Origin: Eledone cirrhosa
Taxonomy: Eukaryota
NCBI GenBank assembly: GCA_964016885.1
Contig: OZ024741.1
Coordinates: 106,144,001-106,208,000, forward strand
DNA length: 64,000 bases
Reading direction: 5' to 3'
A model generated the notes under the pieces. That model was not told the origin of the DNA. It did not search any database and was given only the letters and a program-made list of their open reading frames with translations. This document shows positions 49,661 to 62,956 of the stretch, piece by piece (positions within the stretch are counted from its first letter, which is position 1; each line of letters starts with the position of its first letter). The position numbers and the translations under genes were made by a program.

Positions 49661-50812
49661 TATTTCTTTATTTACCATAAAGGCATAAAAAGAAGGGACA
49701 AATACAAAGGGGGAGTTTACATAAAACCCAGTAAAAAGGGTATAAAATGAAAATAATCGAAAACAACCTCAAAAGGGAGGGGACGTGATGGGGTTGCACA
49801 CACACCCGAAAAAGTGTGGAATCCTTTGCCCAGGAAGCACATGGAGAAGGTGCTCCCCTCTCCTTCACTTCTTTACGTACAGGATGGTATACAGAGAAGG
49901 CCCATTTACACGAGCCATTCTCGCCACTATCACCCACCTTTCATAAAACTGCCTGTGGCCAAGCACCTCTCTCTCCATTCTTATCCTTCTTCCGAAGTGA
50001 TATCGGAAGAAGTAGACCAGACTATAGGCCAGAGAGGAAGTTTCCTGACCTCAGACCTTTCAATCGTGTGCACCAAACAACCTCTTTCAACATGGCTATT
50101 ACGCACAGAAAAACCGCCTTTGCTTCCTTTGTGAAGAGGGGAGGCGGCTTGATTGTCATCACGGACTCGGAGGTCAATCGAATCGGCGCCACCCGCGACA
50201 GCAGTCGTTCGGCGTAGCCCCACAGATCAACCACGCCTGGACATTGCACCAATGCGTGCGCAACGGTTTCTTCGTGACGCACGCATCTAGGGCAAATCTT
50301 TTTCGAGGGATCCCTGCCCGGGCGCCCGTGTCTGTAGAGCCTCTCTCGAACGGGTAGAGCCCCCCGGTAGCACTGCCAGGCTAGTGACTTCTGGAAGTTG
50401 TCCATTGGTCCCGGGCCGAAGTCCTACCGAACAGGCTGACCAGTTCGTCCTCTTCCGTGTCCATCGACTCTCCAAGGGTGTCATCGCCCCTGCTAGCCAC
50501 CAGCCCTCTATAGAATGATGAGGTGGATTCTCCACCGATGGCCTGGCCCGCTTGCCAGAGAGCCCTGAGCGCCTGAGCACACTCAGTGTGCCAGTCTCCC
50601 AGTCTGCTAATCCGGTTTCTGTAAGTTTCTTTTGCCGGTAAAGACAAATTAAGTTTCCAGTAACCGGGACCCTGTTTATGTGTTTTTTCGAGATTGACTA
50701 CGCAGGTCACTAATTTGTGATCCGTATAGCCAACCGTGAGCATTTCTGGACAGCTTAATATGTCCCTATCCTTACTTCTAACTAAGAATCTATCTAAGTA
50801 CGATCTAGATTG
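49661..50812 (-). mobile_element. Tx1-C deletion derivative, copy 2
   Basis: Same deletion junction (50603) and same 5' truncation as 43836-44987. Confidence 0.93.
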
Positions 50813-51002
50813 TCTAATAGGTAGATAGATAGACAAATAGACAGATAGATAGATAATTAGGTTATGATGACTATGACAATGATGATGATGTCAGTTCTCA
50901 GCCCCATGCAACAACAGATTAGTTTATTGTATGCTGCGTGCTCTGTCCACGTGAGTGATGAACATGAGGGTTGTAGAGTTTGTAGTTCTCCAACAAGGAG
51001 AC

Positions 51003-51055
<53 letters not shown>

Positions 51056-51222
51056 ACATACATATATACATATACATACATACACACATTACACACAAGC
51101 TAGAAGGAGATTGTGACAGTAAGCAATTGTTTAATTGTTTAGAGACATTATGACCAGGTGTGATATATACATCCAGAGAGAGAAGGAATTGTAAACGTCA
51201 TTGGCAGCAATGGAGTCAGAAG

Positions 51223-51322
<100 letters not shown>

Positions 51323-51421
51323 AGTACCCTATCTTTAAAATTACCATTTTTTTACCTTCTTTGACATTCCATCTTGATATTTCCTTTTAAATTCTTTTTG
51401 GTTCACAAGACATTGTATCTA

Positions 51422-51885
51422 TAATAATTGTTTCTACTTTAGGCACAAGGCCAGCAATTATCCAGTGTCTTACTGGTACTTTATTTTATCGACCCTGTAA
51501 GGATGAAAGGCAAAGTCAACCTCGGCGGGATTTGAACTCAGATCGTAAAGGGGCGTAACTATGCTGGAAAGCATGGCGTCCGACTCTCTACCGATACTGC
51601 CAATCCACAGCCCTCTATAATAATTGTTTCTACTTTCGGCACAAGGCCAGCAATTACCCAGTACATTACTGGTACTTTATTTTATCGACCCGTAAGGATG
51701 AAAGGCAAAGTTAACCTCGGCAGGATTTGAACTCAGAATGGCAAGGGCCGTAACTCTATGCGTCAAAGCATGGCGTCCGACATAATAATGGTTTCTTATA
51801 TAGGCACAAGGCCATCAATTTTGGGGGATAGTGAAAGTCGATGAAATTGACCCTAATACTGGTACTTTATTTTATTGACCCTGTG
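51422..51885 (-). mobile_element. Three tandem Meta-like SINE copies or fragments
   Basis: Paralog of 45600-46065. Confidence 0.8.
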
Positions 51886-52465
51886 AAGATTGCTTTGGGT
51901 TTAAAATTGTCTCATTTTCACTAAGAAAATGGAATGGATTTTTTTGGACAACCCAATACATAATAATACATATTTTGGGTGAAAATTTACAGAGGTAGAA
52001 ATATGTAGGGTGCTCAGAAGCAGAAAATGATGGTAACTACAGTCAGTTGCTGCTATAAAATAGCTTATTAAAATCTAGGAAAGACCCTTAGAGACAGAAA
52101 GATCTTTGTAGCAGCCGCTTTTAACATTTTTCTGTCTCTAAGGTTTCTTACCAAATTTTTTTCTGCATTTGAGCTTCCTACATCTTTGTATAAATATATT
52201 TCCTCAACACTTTGTAAGTTCGAAAATTCAAGCTTCACACACAATGTTTGTTTACAAAGATACATTTCCAAGGTGTAGATTAACTATTAAATTGATGGAA
52301 TTTTTTAAAAATGTTTACTTTTCAATTCATAGTTGTTGAAATGATTTGTATTCATGTAAAAAAAAAACCTATGACATTATCTTGGAAGGTATGATGAAAG
52401 AATATCTGAGTAAATGTTTAACCTAATACAAACACAGTAAATGAAAGTATTAATGAACAGAACTG

Positions 52466-52925
52466 TATCATCATTTCCATCACTGTTATCATCATCAACA
52501 TTATTTTCATAGTTATGATCACCATTGTGATCATTGTCATTGTTAACATCATCATCATCATCGTCATCATCACCACCACCACGGCCACCACTACCACCAC
52601 CATCGCCATCACCATTGCCATCATCATCTTCATCATCATCATCACGACCACCTCTACCACCACCATTGCCATCACCACTTTCATCATCATCTTCATTATC
52701 ACCACCACTGCCATCATCATCATGATCATCATCATCATCATCACCATCATCACCATCACCATCCTCTTCATCATCACCATCACCGTCGTTATTATCACCA
52801 TCATTACCACCCTTATCATCACCACTACCACCACCATTATCATCATCATCACCATCACTATCACCATCACTGTCATTACCACTGCCATCATCACCATCAC
52901 CATCATAGTTACCATTGACGTCATC
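52466..52925. repeat. (CAT/CAC)n low-complexity tract
   Basis: Read directly from the sequence. Confidence 0.9.
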
Positions 52926-53263
52926 GATAATTACCACAATAATAAACAGAATGCTAACAACAATAACAACAACAAAAGGAAAGGTTGAATTTTTGTATTC
53001 TATTTTCCATATTTTTCCAGTGAGTTATGACAATATGTTAATGTAAGGTTAACAGCAATCTACACACACATACACACATATATATATATACACACACATA
53101 CAGACACATACACAACCATACATATACACTCACATACACACATACACATACACACATACACATATATACATATAAACACACACACACAGTGGAAGTTATA
53201 CTAGTCATGTGTTTTGTTCCATAGTGATGTAGAAATGTCATCTTAGAGGCTCTCTTTTTTGGA

Positions 53264-53294
<31 letters not shown>

Positions 53295-53350
53295 TACACA
53301 CACACATATACATATACATACACACACACACATATATATATGCATGCATA

Positions 53351-53409
<59 letters not shown>

Positions 53410-53411
<2 letters not shown>

Positions 53412-53752
53412 CATCATTTCATCATTTCATTTTACGTCCGCTTTTCCCTGCTTGCAAGAGTGGGACGGGAACTGATTCTGGCTTGATTTCTACAGCTGGA
53501 TGCCCTTCCTAACACCAACCTCATTTACAGTGAGTGCTGGGTGCTTTTTTGCCGTGGCACCTCCACAACCACTTTGCAGTGGAATGATATGGACCCCAGT
53601 CCCTATCATCTCATTTCTACAGCTGAGTAAACTGGAGCAATGTGAAATAAAGTGTCTTGCTCAAGGAAACAACACATCACCCGGTCTGAGAATTGAACTC
53701 ACAACCTTTCGATTGCAAGGCCAATGCTCTAACCACTAATCCATGTGCCTCC

Positions 53753-53753
<1 letters not shown>
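53410..53753 (-). mobile_element. CORE-like SINE with RTE tail
   Basis: Homologous to 730-1075. Confidence 0.85.
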
Positions 53754-53808
<55 letters not shown>

Positions 53809-54142
53809 ATGTATATATGTATGTATGTATATATATGTTTATATATTTAAAGAGAGAGACTGCAATATGAAGAAGAGAAAGACTAAGATAAAGTTGAAAA
53901 ATATAAGGAGGGAGAGAAAAAAAGAGATAGACTTTAAGATATAAAGATAATAGAAGTTTTGATAAGGAAAGAAGGTTAAATGTTATTCAGTCATTGTCCA
54001 AGCCTAGCTTAACTCTGTTCACTTAACTATAGACATTGTTAATAAAACAAGTCTTTTAGCTATTAACTAAATAGCAATGACACGTTATTGTTGGTGGCGG
54101 TCTTCTTCTTCTCCTACTCATTCTTTATCTATCTATCTATAT

Positions 54143-54581
54143 GTATGGTGGACAAGGTTGAAAGGGCTGAGGTCAGACACATTTCTCTCCGGCCAACAAC
54201 TGATTCTTTTTTTCAAATACCACTTTGGAAGAAGAATCAGGATGGAGAGAGGGGTGTTGTACCCCAGCAAGTTTTATGAAAGGTGGGTGAAAGTGGCGAG
54301 AATGGCCCGAGTGAATGTGCCTTCTTTCTATGTCAGCCTGTAGGTTGAGAAAAAGAGGAGGAAAGGAAGGGAATATAAACTCTTCGTACTCCTGGAGATG
54401 AGGGTTTCACATTTTTTTCGAGGGTATGTGTTACCCATATGAACTGTCTCCCCCTATTGGGGAAAATCGACTAATTTTTAAATTGCATTTGTGATAATAT
54501 TTTACACGTTTTTATTGTATGTAAACTTCCCCCTTTGTATTTGTCCCCTTCTTTTGTGCCCCTGTGGCTAATAAAGAAACA
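54143..54581 (+). mobile_element. Tx1-B 3' fragment on the plus strand, in (TATC)n, with TSD
   Basis: Translates VWWTRLKGLRSDTF..GRRIRMER and matches the reverse complement of 23971-24410. TATCTATCTATATGTATG lies on both sides. Confidence 0.92.
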
Positions 54582-54838
54582 TATCTATCTATATGTATGT
54601 ATGTCTTTCTTTATCTATCTATCTGTCACAATCCACCTGTGTCTCTCTGTCTATTAGCACTGTGTATATGTGTATATATGTATGTGTGTCTATATGTGTG
54701 TATGTGTATATAAGTATGTATAAGAGCTGTATACCAACTTCATTGTTCACTAAATATTGACTCTAAAGATAGTCTTGTGAAAATATATGTATGTGTATAT
54801 ATATATATGTGTATATATATATATGCATACACACATAC

Positions 54839-54876
<38 letters not shown>

Positions 54877-55859
54877 ATATAATACTACCTTAATGGTTCA
54901 CCAAAGATTGACTCCATCACATAATCCTATGGAAATGTGAAGAACGTTCTACCAATGCGTCATGGCTGACACATGGTGACAGACACTGCTGTATAATGTC
55001 ACTGGAATGTTGTTGGTGTTGTGATGGTGGTGTTGTTGTTGTGGTGGTGGTGGTGGTGGTGGTGGAACTGGTCATAGAGACATTGGAATAGTGGTGGTGG
55101 TGATGGTGTTGTGGTTGTGTTGTAGTGGTGCTGGCGATGGCAACACTCTTCTTGTTGTTCAGTTATAGGTCAAGCTCATCAAGCTGACCTATGATCAAAA
55201 GAATTTCATTTGTGACATTCTCATATTTTTTCAATCACAATCTACCAAGGCTACACTATCTAATGTAAGTTTACTTTTTCACATGTGTATCCTCTTGGAC
55301 AGGTATCGTCTGCCATAGCCTTGATATAGTAAGTAAAAACACTTAGTGTTTTGGTTGCTAGTCCTTATTGGAAGATAGAATGAGAAATAAAAGAAGGTAT
55401 GTTTGGGAGAGAGGAGGAAATAGAAAGATAGATCAAAGATACTCTGGATCTTTCTCAGCAAACACATGTATGTGCCATTGATTTTCTTTGTGAGTTTTTA
55501 TGTGTTGTGGAGAAGATAACTCCCATAGTACCTGGTGCCCACCTGTGCAGGGTTATGTAAATATCCATTTGGAAAACAGGAATGGTGATTGTGCTGAGAA
55601 GTGAACACTGATAAACAGTTGTTTTAGTTTTCAGTTCTTGTTTGCCTAGTGGAGGAACTAATCATCAGGTCAATGGTAGGGGAATTCTGCCTCCATCAGT
55701 GGGGCACTGTGCTGGTAAGAGTGATGGAAAATCATCAGAGTATTTCTATTAAAAGTAACTAGTACTAACAGGAGTTCCTCAGTTAGTGCCCATGATTTTC
55801 TGTCTCCACATGGTCCTGAAGAAGGCTCAACTCCTTCCTGTGAAGATGATGTTCTCAAT

Positions 55860-56985
55860 CATACTGGAGTAGCATCCTCTGATATCAGAACCAAGAGGGG
55901 ACTATCTCGACCAAAGAGATTATACACCTTCAGCTCTCTAAAACTGTCACTCACTCACATCCTACTTTTCACGTGAAGAGCTCAACAAGCATATCAACAC
56001 ACACAGCATTGTGATTGTATATGTTCAAGAACACTAATGAAAATGAACCAGGCATAATCACCCAGAACATTGGCAAAAGAACTCTGTTTACTGCATCAGC
56101 ATAAAAAGATGACATCGGTGCTGCAATTGGGTTAGTTTGACAATACAAACACATCTTCTTCTTATACTTACAAAGGTAACTAAGGTTAAGGTTAATGATT
56201 GGATTGTCACAGCAGTATTCAAGGGAAATCCAGCAACTGTTATTATAAGCTGCTATTCACCCTACAATCACCTGCAAGTGGAGGAAATAGAACACTTTTA
56301 CCATGAACCAAGTGCCGCTTTCTGAAGTACCTCCACATGCCATTCTAATTATTGGAGGAGATTTCAACACACAAATTAAAGGCAAATTTTCATACCATCA
56401 GACTACTAACAGAAAAGGCGTATTTTTAGAAAAGTTTTTACCTCAACATAATCTCCTAGGTGGGAATACCATCTTCCAAAAACTGTGGACTTGAAGACAC
56501 TTGGTAGCCATATCTCCCATGTTGAATTTGTTTATATGAAACAATGGAGGAACAGAATTCATGATTGCCAGGGACATATTTCCTCTGCAGCTGTTAGGGG
56601 AGATTGCAACATCATCATGGCCAAAACTCAGCCTTCACTCAAACAGGAAATCCAGTAAGAAACAACTTTACTGGAGGATGCTAAAGGAAGATGTCAACCA
56701 TGCAAGAACAATTGATAATTCAATTGCTAATTAATCTGAATCCTTGACAGCTAATGAGAAAAAATACACTTCTTTTGTGTCCATCTGTAATGAAGTAGGG
56801 GAAGAAAACCTACCAAGAAGCACTCGTGCCACACTTCATGTGGAAAATACAATAATTGCTACATTTAGAAGCCACACCCTCAAATCAGTTTCAGATGTAC
56901 AGCATCCCCAGATCACCAGAATATTCAGTGCTCTAATTTCAACCATCTGGAGTATGAAAGAATCACCCAAACCCTGGTTGATTTA
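55860..56985 (+). mobile_element. Highly degraded LINE APE-endonuclease fragment
   Basis: ISCYSPYN, IIGGDFNTQI and GNTIFQK occur in successive frames. Boundaries are approximate. Confidence 0.6.
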
Positions 56986-56991
56986 GAGAAT

Positions 56992-57011
56992 AGTATATAT
57001 ATATATATACA

Positions 57012-57051
<40 letters not shown>

Positions 57052-57075
57052 TGTATATATATATATATATGTACA

Positions 57076-57109
<34 letters not shown>

Positions 57110-57183
57110 TATATATATATATATATATATACAGTATATATATATATATATATATATATATACTATATATATATATATATACA

Positions 57184-57235
<52 letters not shown>

Positions 57236-57243
57236 TGTATATA

Positions 57244-57290
<47 letters not shown>

Positions 57291-57307
57291 TATATATATA
57301 TATATAT
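56992..57307. repeat. (TA)n microsatellite with CAG/CTG interruptions
   Basis: Read directly from the sequence. Confidence 0.97.
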
Positions 57308-60300
57308 CGGTCCATTCATTCATATATCCGTATCATCGCCCAGAATCCAATCTTTGCTCTCTCTCAATACTATTCTATAATTCTGTCTGGTTGTTTCTAA
57401 ATAATCTTCTTGTATTTTAAAACCCCATTATTCGCTTATTATTACTGTTATATGCTTCTCCAATTATGCCCAAAATTCGAAGATTTCATTTAAACCCTCT
57501 CGCTAACTACCCCATTTATTTTTCTAAAATAACAATCTTCTTTGTTTAATTTTGGCCGAAAAAATTCTAGGATTTATAAAATGGCCTCATTGTCCCTCTT
57601 ATTCTTTACCCCCCGCCCCACTATATCGTATTACGCGCCGGCTAGTTCACCCTTTCAATCACTCCCTTCTCTCACCAAATATGAATTAACCTGTTACGAG
57701 GTACGAATCTCAGAATTTGTCAACGCTTATTAATGGTCAGACCTCGTCGTTCCCTGCGAAGTATAATGTAAATGCCATTTTTCACTGTTCTAAATAATCT
57801 CCTCTTTGCTATCCTATAATTCTGTCTCACTGTTCTAAATAATCTTCTCCACGCTTGTTCTAAATAATCTTCTCTTTGCTAACTACCCCATACCCCTCCC
57901 TCCCGCCCCCACTCTCCACCTTTATTATTTGGACCAATCACAAGTTAACGGCCTATGCTATCACTTCTGGCTGCTTTTCGATATGATGGATGGACTAAGG
58001 AATTTCTGGAGAGTCTGAAGAATCTGGACACTCGATGACAATGCCAAAGATAACGACAAATTCACCTCATGCTGCCGGACTAAAGGGCAAGGCCCCCTCC
58101 TCTTTGTTCCGGCCGCGGATGGCCAACATAACCCCAACCCCATCCCCCTCACCCCTCCCTTCGCCCCATCCTCCAAACACAATCCAAAACTTCAGAGTTG
58201 GTACCATGAATGTAGGCACCTTAAAAGGCCGCTCTAACGAGGTTGTAGAAATGCTTGAACGTAAGGAGGTTGATGTTTACTGTATCCAAGAGACCAGGTG
58301 GAGGGGCGGGTCTGCTAGATTCATTGTGGGTAAAAAACGTTTCTATAAGCTTTTCTGGGTGGGAAATGATAATGGGATAGGTGGGGTATGAGTCATGTTA
58401 GCAGAAAAATGGGTGGATAAGATAATAGATGTAAATAGAGTGAATGACAGAATAATTAAAATAAGACTTGTTCTAAATAGAACTACTGTGACAGTAATAT
58501 CTGCATACGCGCCCCAATCCGGACTGCCTGGCGCTATAAAAGACAGATTCTATGAGACACTGATGCTCACTACCTCCCAAATAACCGACAGTGACTATAT
58601 AATTATTGCTGGCGACCTAAATGGCCACGTCGGACAACATTGTGACGGCTATGACGGAATCCACGGAGGCTATGGGTTTGGTACTAGAAACGAGGAAGAC
58701 TCCAGAATCCTGGAATTCTGTGATGCAAATAACCTAACTATCTGTAACACTAACTTCAAAAAACGAGACAATCACTTGATCACCTACAGATCAGGGGAAC
58801 ATACCAGCCAGGTAGATAATATCCTTACCAGAAGACGTGGCAGAGTGTCTGTTGTAAACACTAAATCCCTCCCCCATGAAGAATGCACCTCCCATCATAG
58901 ACTGATAATTAGCGACCTCATAGTCAGGATGAGACGTACTAGACAGCAGAAGAGGACTATCCTCACGAGAAAAATATGGGAGCTAAAGGACCCCACAGCC
59001 AGAAATAAATTTAAAAGCATATTACTTGATGCTTTCGACAGTAAGGAAGAGCAATTAGAGTCGTACAATATAGAGGAACAGTGGGAATTCCTGAAAGCAA
59101 ACCTGCTGATCGCGGCGGACGAAGTCTGTGGCTGGAGTAGGCCTGTAGGCAGGAGGAGAGTAACATGGTGGTGGAACAGTAAGGTGGAGGAGTCAATTAA
59201 GGCCAAAAAGCAGGCTTGGAAAGTATGGCGGGATGGGGGAAGTAGAGAAGACTATCAAGTGGCCAGGAGGGAAGCTAGGAGACATGTGTACTTCGCAAGA
59301 AGGGAAGCAGAGGAAAGAAAGTTCAAACATGTTCTACAACGCGAGGACCAAAAATGTGAGGTGTTCAGGATTGCTAGGCAATGTGTCAAGGAAAACCGTG
59401 ATATTGTCGGGGAGAAGTGTGTCCTTAATGATGATGGCATACTTGCCATCACTGACGCTGATAAGAAGGTAGCTTGGAAGTGTCACTACGAAAGGCTACT
59501 AAATGAGGAGAATAAATGGGAGAAAGATAGTCTCCCCCACATCGACCCAATAGAAGGACCAGCAGTGTTAGTTGAAGGTAGTATAATAAGTAAGGCAATC
59601 AAAGATATGAAGACGGGTAAGGTGGCTGGGCCTTCGGAAATAGTTGCTGAGATGCTGAAAGCCTCTGGAACGGTGGGACACACCATGGTCACCCGGATAG
59701 TAAACCAAGTCATACAGAATGGGGTTGTTCCGAAGGACTGGCGTAGCAGCATCATCATTAACTGCTACAAGGGTAAAGGAGACGCCCGAGATAGGAGTAA
59801 CTATAGAGGCATTAAATTAATCGACCAGGTCATGAAGGTCACGGAAAAAGTAATAGCGCAACTAATCAGAGAGAGAATTGATCTAGATGAAATGCAGTTC
59901 GGGTTTGTGTCAGGCAAAAGTACCACAGACGCTCTTTTTATTGTACGACAACTACAGAAGTACCTAGCTAAAAGTAAACCCCTATACTTAGCTTTTGTCG
60001 ACTTGGAGAAAGCCTTCGACAGAGTCCCCCGTTCCATTATCTGGTGGGCTCTTAGAAAAATTGGTGTTGATGAATGGCGTGTGAGAGCTATACAAGCCAT
60101 GTATAAAGAAACAGTCAGCAAGGTTAGAATTAACAACGAATATAGTGAAGAGTTTAGCGTAAAAGTTGGTGTTCATCAGGGCTCTGTCCTTAGCCCCCTA
60201 CTATTTATTATTGCCCTTCAGGCTATAACAGTGGAGTTCAAGACCGGCTGCCCATGGAAACTCCTATACGCAGATGATCTAACGCTCATAGCTGAATCAA

Positions 60301-61613
60301 TGGCCGAGCTAGAGAAGAAATTCCAAACATGGGAGCACGGCCTAGAATCAAAAGGCTTTAAAATTAACCTGGCTAAGACTAAAGTTCTAGTTTGTAGGAA
60401 AGAAAATAAAGCGCCAGTCCCTTCCGGGAAATGGCCATGCTCAGTGTGTAGGAAAGGCGTAAGTAGAAACTCCATTTTATGTCCCAAATGCAAAGTATGG
60501 GTGCATAAAAGATGTAGTGGGATCACAGGTAAGCTAACTAAGAACATAGATTTTACATGTGGCCGGTGCTCTGGTGCAATAAGTAGCAGCAAGTGCGCAC
60601 AAAATACTAGCTGTTCCAATTGCTCAGAGGGTTCTATAGAAATAGTGGACAGCTTCCGTTACCTGGGTGACAAAATCAGCAGTGGGGGAGGGTGCTCTGA
60701 AAGTACAGTAGCTAGAGTCAGAACTGGATGGAAAAAGTTCAGAGAGCTTATACCACTATTAACCGCTAAAGGGTTCTCCCTAAAAATGAAAGGCAGGCTG
60801 TATGATGCCTGCATACGAACAGCAATGTTGCATGGCAGTGAGACCTGGGCATTGCGTGCAGAGGATATACGCAGACTAGAGAGGAACGAAGCTTGCATGC
60901 TCCTCTGGATGTGTAATAGTAATATACGTGAACGGCAAAGCATAAACGAACTAAGGGAAAAATTAGAAATAAGAGGGATCAGATGATGTTTACTCGAGAG
61001 AAGGCTACGTTGGTATGGTCACGTGATGCGCATGAAAGACGACAGCTGTATAAAAAAGTGCAGGGCAATAAAGATAGACGGTAGCCACGGAGTAGGCAGA
61101 CCCAGAAAAACCTTGTACGACCTGATAAATTCCGACCTCACACACTTACACCTCTCCAAGACGATGTCACTGGACCGAGATCTTTGGCGGTACTCAGTAA
61201 TAGAGAAGACCCGCCTTACCTAAATACAAAGTAAAACCTACTACAGTCAGTAGGCATCTCTAACAAAATACACCCGCGTCCCACCACCCCACCCCATCCA
61301 CACCGCCCCTTTCAATGTAAAGTTATGTTGGTGCCACAACATCCAGGCCGAAACAAATGAGGTTGTGTAGGTGTCACGACAAAAAAACACACAGTCCACG
61401 CTGTAATGTGGCCGTGTAGGCAACACAGTAAAAACCTCCCAGTCCCACACTCTAAATGTGGTTGGTGTTAGGAAGGGCATCCAGCTGTAGAAAACCCGCC
61501 AGACAGTCCTATGCGAGCAAGACAACCACTCTTGCCTCAAGTGGGAAAACTCCCGTCCAAACCCATGCAAGCATGGAACATGGACGTTAAACGATGATGA
61601 TGATGATGATGAT
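57308..61613 (+). mobile_element. Near full-length RTE-clade LINE between (TA)n tracts
   Basis: Single long ORF, 3' UTR and (TGA)n tail. The 5' boundary is inferred from the TA flank. Confidence 0.9.
58035..61223 (+). pseudogene. RTE ORF: APE endonuclease, RT with inserted PHD finger; two in-frame TGA stops
   Basis: VGTMNVGTL, CIQETRW, SAYAPQ, AGDLNGHVG, WWWN, DLEKAFDRV, QGSVLSP, YADD, C4HC3 and GRPRKT. Stops at 58389-58391 and 60984-60986, with the frame maintained throughout. Confidence 0.95.
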
Positions 61614-61723
61614 ATATATATATATATATATATATATACAGGTATATATATGTGTATAGAGAGAGAGAGAATAACATTAGAATTTAGCTTTGAACATAGC
61701 TGTATACAAATATGTATTTGAAC

Positions 61724-62658
61724 TTTTTGTGGCCTTCTACCCATGCACGTAAGGTAGAAGGTGTATGCGGTGGATGTAATTGGTTTTCTGGACAGTTTCA
61801 CCGCTGTGTCCCTGTCCTTCATGAGAAAGGATAGACTCCCGTAGAGTCTATCCTTCTGAATGAATATGATGTCTTTCATGACATCTTTTAAAACCAGCTC
61901 TATCTCACTCTGTGATGGTTGAGCTGGTTTTTTGCTTTTGTTTCAGACTGTCCTAAACATGACAGTGTTTAGGAGTCTCTGGCTTTTTAGTTCCGGGGGG
62001 GGGGGGGTCGAAAATGATCCATTTTCCCCATACACTACGTATATTTTGGCATCTGCCAGCAGCTCCTTAGCTTTGCTTATATCTACTAGCAGATAGTCGA
62101 GGGTTTTCCTTGCATTCTGGGCGGAGTCCTTTTCCTTGTTCATGTTGCTGTTGTTGTTATCATTGTTGTTGGTGTTGTTGTTGTTTTTGTTGTCTTTATT
62201 GTTGCTGTTGTTGTTGTTTTTGTTGTCTTTATTGTTGCTGTTGTTGTCGTTGTTGTTGTTGTTGTTTTCAGGTTCTTGTATAGTTGTGGCTACATCAAGT
62301 TGTTTGTCAGCAGGTGGAGAAAGTTCTACCTCTGGCTGACCTCTGCCTTTGGCATCTGCTGCTGTGACAGTGGCAGGGGGAAGCTGTGAGTTTAACTTCC
62401 CTTTTCTTCCTTTGAATGTTGGTGAAGATGCTTCAGCCATTTTTATCAAAGTAGGATTTTTCGAAATTTTTCGAAAGATAAAATATTTTCACCAATATTT
62501 CGCCTAAAGGCGTAGAATATTTTGAGAGATTGACCAGATCAAAAATTGATCTGGCAGTCCCTCTACAAAATGGTACAAAAATGAAAGTTTACAGTTAGGA
62601 ATTTCTATGGAAATTTAGGCAGAACTTACCCAGCAAGTTTCACGCGTGTGTCCATCCC
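61724..62658 (-). mobile_element. Tx1-A 5' portion, duplicate of 48426-49362
   Basis: Near-identical sequence and flanks. Confidence 0.92.
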
Positions 62659-62956
62659 AGATAGATAGATAGATAGATATCTTTCTTTATTTGCCACAGG
62701 GGCGTACAAAAATGGGACATTACAAGACGTAACGGCGGGGTTTTACATAAAAATAACTTTAACATTAATAAATAACAATAAACTATATATAATAAAATAA
62801 TAGATAGATAGATAGTTAGCTAGATTGACAAACAGACAGACAGAGACAGACAGACAGTTAGATAGAGAGGCAGATAGACAGACAGGCAGACAGACAGACA
62901 GACAGATAGATACATAGACAAATAGACAGGGAGATAGATAGACAGATAGATAGATA

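Noticed and set aside
52377-52988. Asp/Gly-rich, Met/Val-rich or Ile/Thr-rich ORFs (also 46506-46950)
   Set aside because: These are translations of (CAT/CAC)n low-complexity DNA, open in several frames, with no domain or splice support.
56925-57380. Ile/Tyr-repeat ORFs (also around 4.7, 47.2 and 53.2 kb)
   Set aside because: They are (TA)n and (CA)n microsatellite translations.
57721-57775. HDV-like ribozyme in the RTE 5' UTR (GACCTCGTC...GCGAA)
   Set aside because: I could not build P1/P2/P4 pairings by eye. An Infernal or RNArobo search would be needed.
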